Source: Takakia lepidozioides
Taxonomy: Eukaryota > Plantae > Bryophyta
Direction of reading: 5' to 3'
Length of the DNA stretch: 64,000 nt
NCBI GenBank assembly: GCA_030704615.1
Contig: CM060732.1
Span: 868,001 to 932,000, forward strand
Shown here: piece by piece, positions 60,751 to 64,000 of the stretch
Layout of the letters: the number at the start of each line of letters is the position of its first letter
Position numbering within the stretch: the first letter of the stretch is position 1
Program-made: the position numbers and the translations under genes
The notes under the pieces: generated by a model
Told to the model about the DNA's origin: nothing
What the model saw: only the letters and a program-made list of their open reading frames with translations
Databases searched by the model: none

Positions 60751-63700
60751 GTGCTTGCGGTGGATGCAGGTGCAAGTTTATGTTACGAACCTAGTAGTCC
60801 AAGCCATAAGCCGCAACAGGTTCTCTACCCGGTTACCTTGTGGAAAGGGGGATTAGAGACAGGTTTACAACAGGTGTGGTTGCGAGTTTTCATCACGGAG
60901 GTGCCACTAGTTGCTGAGGAGAGCGCCGGTACGAGCACCAGCGATACTAGTGGGTATACAAGACGAGGTGTACAATTTAGGCCACCTTCACCTTTAGTGT
61001 CTTCTGAGGAAGGTTCAGACTCAGAGTTAGAAGGATTCTCGCCGAGGGTGCAAGCCATTTCCGTGCCATTGTTGTGGGATACGATGGAGGAAATGTATAG
61101 AGCTACCAAGGGGCCACGTCGGTACTCTGGAGCTGTGGGCACCATCGAGCTTGATGATTTCATATAGGAGTTTGAATAGTTGGTGTGATTTGTAGCGGAT
61201 GCGCAATCCACAACTGTTTACGCCTTTTATGGCGTGGAAGGGGCTATTTCAGCACCTTGAGGGGCCACCCATGGATGACTCTCATGAGTTTAGGCGGGGA
61301 CATGAGGTGGAGATTGAGGAATGGCGGGTGTATTGGTCACCTGACTATGTCTCCATCACTAGAGGCACAAGGGCAGTGGTGACACCGACAGAGCTACACC
61401 GGCAACTTCTGCAAGCAGCAGTGGGATGTCAAGTGGAACAGGAGCTGGGAAGTCCACCCAAGCTCCTGCTGCAGCACCAACACCCGTGCCTGCCTTTAAC
61501 CCAGTTGTGGAGTTCTTCGAGGAGTTAAGGAGAAACTACCAGGGGATAAGGACGGAGAAATTGCAGAGCTTGCAAGAGTTCCAACGAAAGCCTACCGAGA
61601 GTTTAAGGGAGGCTTACACGCGCATGAGGCGATTGATAAATGTAACCCAAGGGGTTACGGAAGCTCAAGCGGTCCAATTCTGGTATGGGATATTGGACAA
61701 GGAGCTAAGGAGAAGGGTGCGGGATGCAACTCTCCTACAAGTGGCCCAACCCACCTTAACAAACGTGTTTTTGCTGGCAGAGCGGATAGAGCCAATATGG
61801 TGGAGGAGCGAGTGGTCATGGTGGGGTTTGGTAATGAGACACAACGAAGTGGGGCTCCTAGCCAACAACAACCACTACCCCAATGTGCTCAAGGCAACAA
61901 AGGGACTCAGACGAAGCCCAGGGAAGGACAGAGAGGATCTCAATTGCAGAGGTCACTTCCTTCATTCTCAGGCCAACAACAGTTGGGAGTGACATGTTTG
62001 GGATTGTGGAGGACCCCATGTTAAGAGAGATTGCCTGGAGAGAGGCAAAGGGCCGACACAACCACAGTATAGGCATTGTGGCAAGTATGGGCATGAAGAG
62101 ACCCACTGTTATGACTTGCATCCTGAGCTACGGCCAGGCCAGTTCCAAGGGAACAATGGTGGCCGAGGACGAGGCAATGTATTCCAGAGAGGTAGAGGAG
62201 GCAGAGGTCGTGGTGGAGGTCGTAACCAAAACCAAAGAGCACAGGGTCAGGGTCAAGGTCATGACCAAGGCATGGTGGATAGGCTTGCCCAGCTAGAGCA
62301 ACGTCTTGCTACCATGGCCACTACTCATGTTGCGCCAGCTCCAAGGCCTGAGGTTCAAGCCCCACCTGCACAACCTCCTATGCCTGGGGAAGACCAGATT
62401 GGTATGGGCTTCATGTGTGGAGCCGCACTTGCAGGACCATTGCATGTGGACTCTACAGCTGCTGTCACTCGAGCAGCAACGCGTGCTCCTGAGCCAAGAG
62501 GAGCGGATGTGGATTTTGATCCACAAAGAAGGGAAGCAAGTCGGCAAACAAGGCTTCCATAGTCTTTCCCATTGGCTGAGACAGTGCCAACTATGCCATC
62601 GATGACACCCGCTCGCCCAAGTGTGTCAGAGGTAGAGCCACGAGTGCCATTGGGGAGAGTTGATATGGCTCGGGAAATGCCAATGGGTGGTACTGCAAAG
62701 CAAGGTGCAGCCAGTACATTGTTGGGGGCGGCTACGGCAATTTGCCAAGCTCCATTGTTTTCTACCACGACAATTGCAATGTCGGGGATGCGGCCAGCTG
62801 CAGTGTTTAGACTGGCAGCTACACTCTGTGAGAGTGGTGATGCATCAGCACTATCTGCGGGGATAGCGGATCAGGTGTAGTGCATGGATGCCCTGGATTC
62901 AAGGGTGAAGACAGCCACAGCTGCGCCATGGCAAGCGGCAGTTGCAAGGTTGCAAGAGTTGCCAGCTAGACCAGCCATTGAGCGTAGTATGGTGACTCCT
63001 AGGGTAGTCCTGGTGGACATTCAGGATGGTATGTTTCAGTTGGGTGGCCCAGCCGGGAGGAGGTATAGGCCACTGCGGGTCTTGTTGGACTCGGGAGCAC
63101 AGCCATTGATATTGGGGAGAGCAGCAATTGCAGGCTTGGGCCTTACAGCAGTGGATTTGGAGCCTTGCCCTAATTCAAACATCTTTGGGCGGTTCAGAGA
63201 AGGCACGAGGAATTACACGCCATGAGCTCTTCATTTGATTGTAGTCAGATCATCCTACAGATGGCTCTGTCATGAGAGCTAAAGCCATTGTTACGGACGC
63301 GATGTCTTATGATGTGCTTGTTGGTGGGGCTGTGTTATACCCGATGGGCTTTACTTTGGACTTTTGGGAGGAAACGGCATCCTACAGGCCGGAATGGCAG
63401 TCAGGGGATGGTCGACGTGCACTGCTCCCAGTGCGGTTTATTGGGAATGTAGCGGTGGATCATAGGAACATGATGCCCACATTGGCTGCATTCTCAGGGG
63501 TAGTGGCTTGGGGTGGTGAGCTCTTGGAGGGCAATAGCCATGCAGATGATAGGCCACCACCCGATGAGGACAAACAATTGGCATACAAGGCTGATTTGCT
63601 TCCTCATGTGCCCGTTCATATTCCACTGTGGGGTACAGTTGGGAATTTGCATTGAGTAGCAAACGAGTGTGTGCACCAAGCATGGCAGGAGGCCTATCCA

Positions 63701-64000
63701 TTGGTGAGTGAGGGGAGTTCAGTGACATCACCTAGACCTCCTCCATTAGCTCATTTGGACACAGTGCCCATTACTTGCAGGCAACCACCTGACTCAGGGA
63801 TTTGTTTGCTAGACATGTTTGGAGGCATGAGCACTGGGCTTGCAGGAGTGTTGCAAGCAGGGATTAAAGTACGCAAGTACTTGTATGTGGAGAAGGATGA
63901 GATAGCTCGGCGTATTTCTATGCGCCACATCGCCTTGCTCACACACCAGTATCCTGAGTTGTTGACTCTCTCAGCAATTCAAGGGTATCAAAAGGCCTTG
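60751..64000 (+). mobile_element. Degenerate Ty3/Gypsy-like gag-pol: gag, two zinc knuckles, aspartic protease, then a C5-methyltransferase domain (runs off the window)
   Basis: Gag-like FQRKPTESLREAYTRM. Knuckle remnants C..CGGPHVKRDC and HCGKYGHEETHC. Protease VLLDSGA with a YDVLVG C-terminal motif. Confidence 0.8.
63794..64000 (+). pseudogene. DNMT3-like cytosine-C5 DNA methyltransferase N-terminus within the pol frame (not in the supplied ORF track)
   Basis: Same frame as ORF 63272-63655, after a single TGA: GICLLDMFGGMSTGLAGVLQAGIKVRKYLYVEKDEIARRISMRH, matching motif I (FGG at 63818-63826) and motif II (Glu). Confidence 0.75.

Overview
Eukaryotic, repeat-dense plant DNA, probably from a non-seed land plant (inferred, not proven). 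One host gene is recognisable: a multi-exon WTG1/AT5G53080-like TPR gene on the minus strand (about 31.3-45.0 kb) with LINE-packed introns. The rest is nested mobile DNA: Ty3/Gypsy relics, MULE/SWIM transposase relics, a clean non-autonomous CACTA, Helitron-like elements and hairpin satellites. Two mobile systems appear to carry DNA methyltransferases. (1) An unclassified element family (1-1862 and 50578-59092) has an intron-containing beta-class N4C/N6A methyltransferase-like gene (motif IV 'DIPD', motif I 'ILDLTCGTG'), a possible ParB-like N-terminal block, two intact paralogous orphan ORFs, a conserved terminal motif, and arrays of a 22-28 bp palindrome spaced at near-integral helical turns. 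(2) An LTR retrotransposon at the right edge has a pol frame that runs from the protease into a DNMT3-like C5-cytosine methyltransferase. All domain calls come from reading motifs by eye; no database searches were run.
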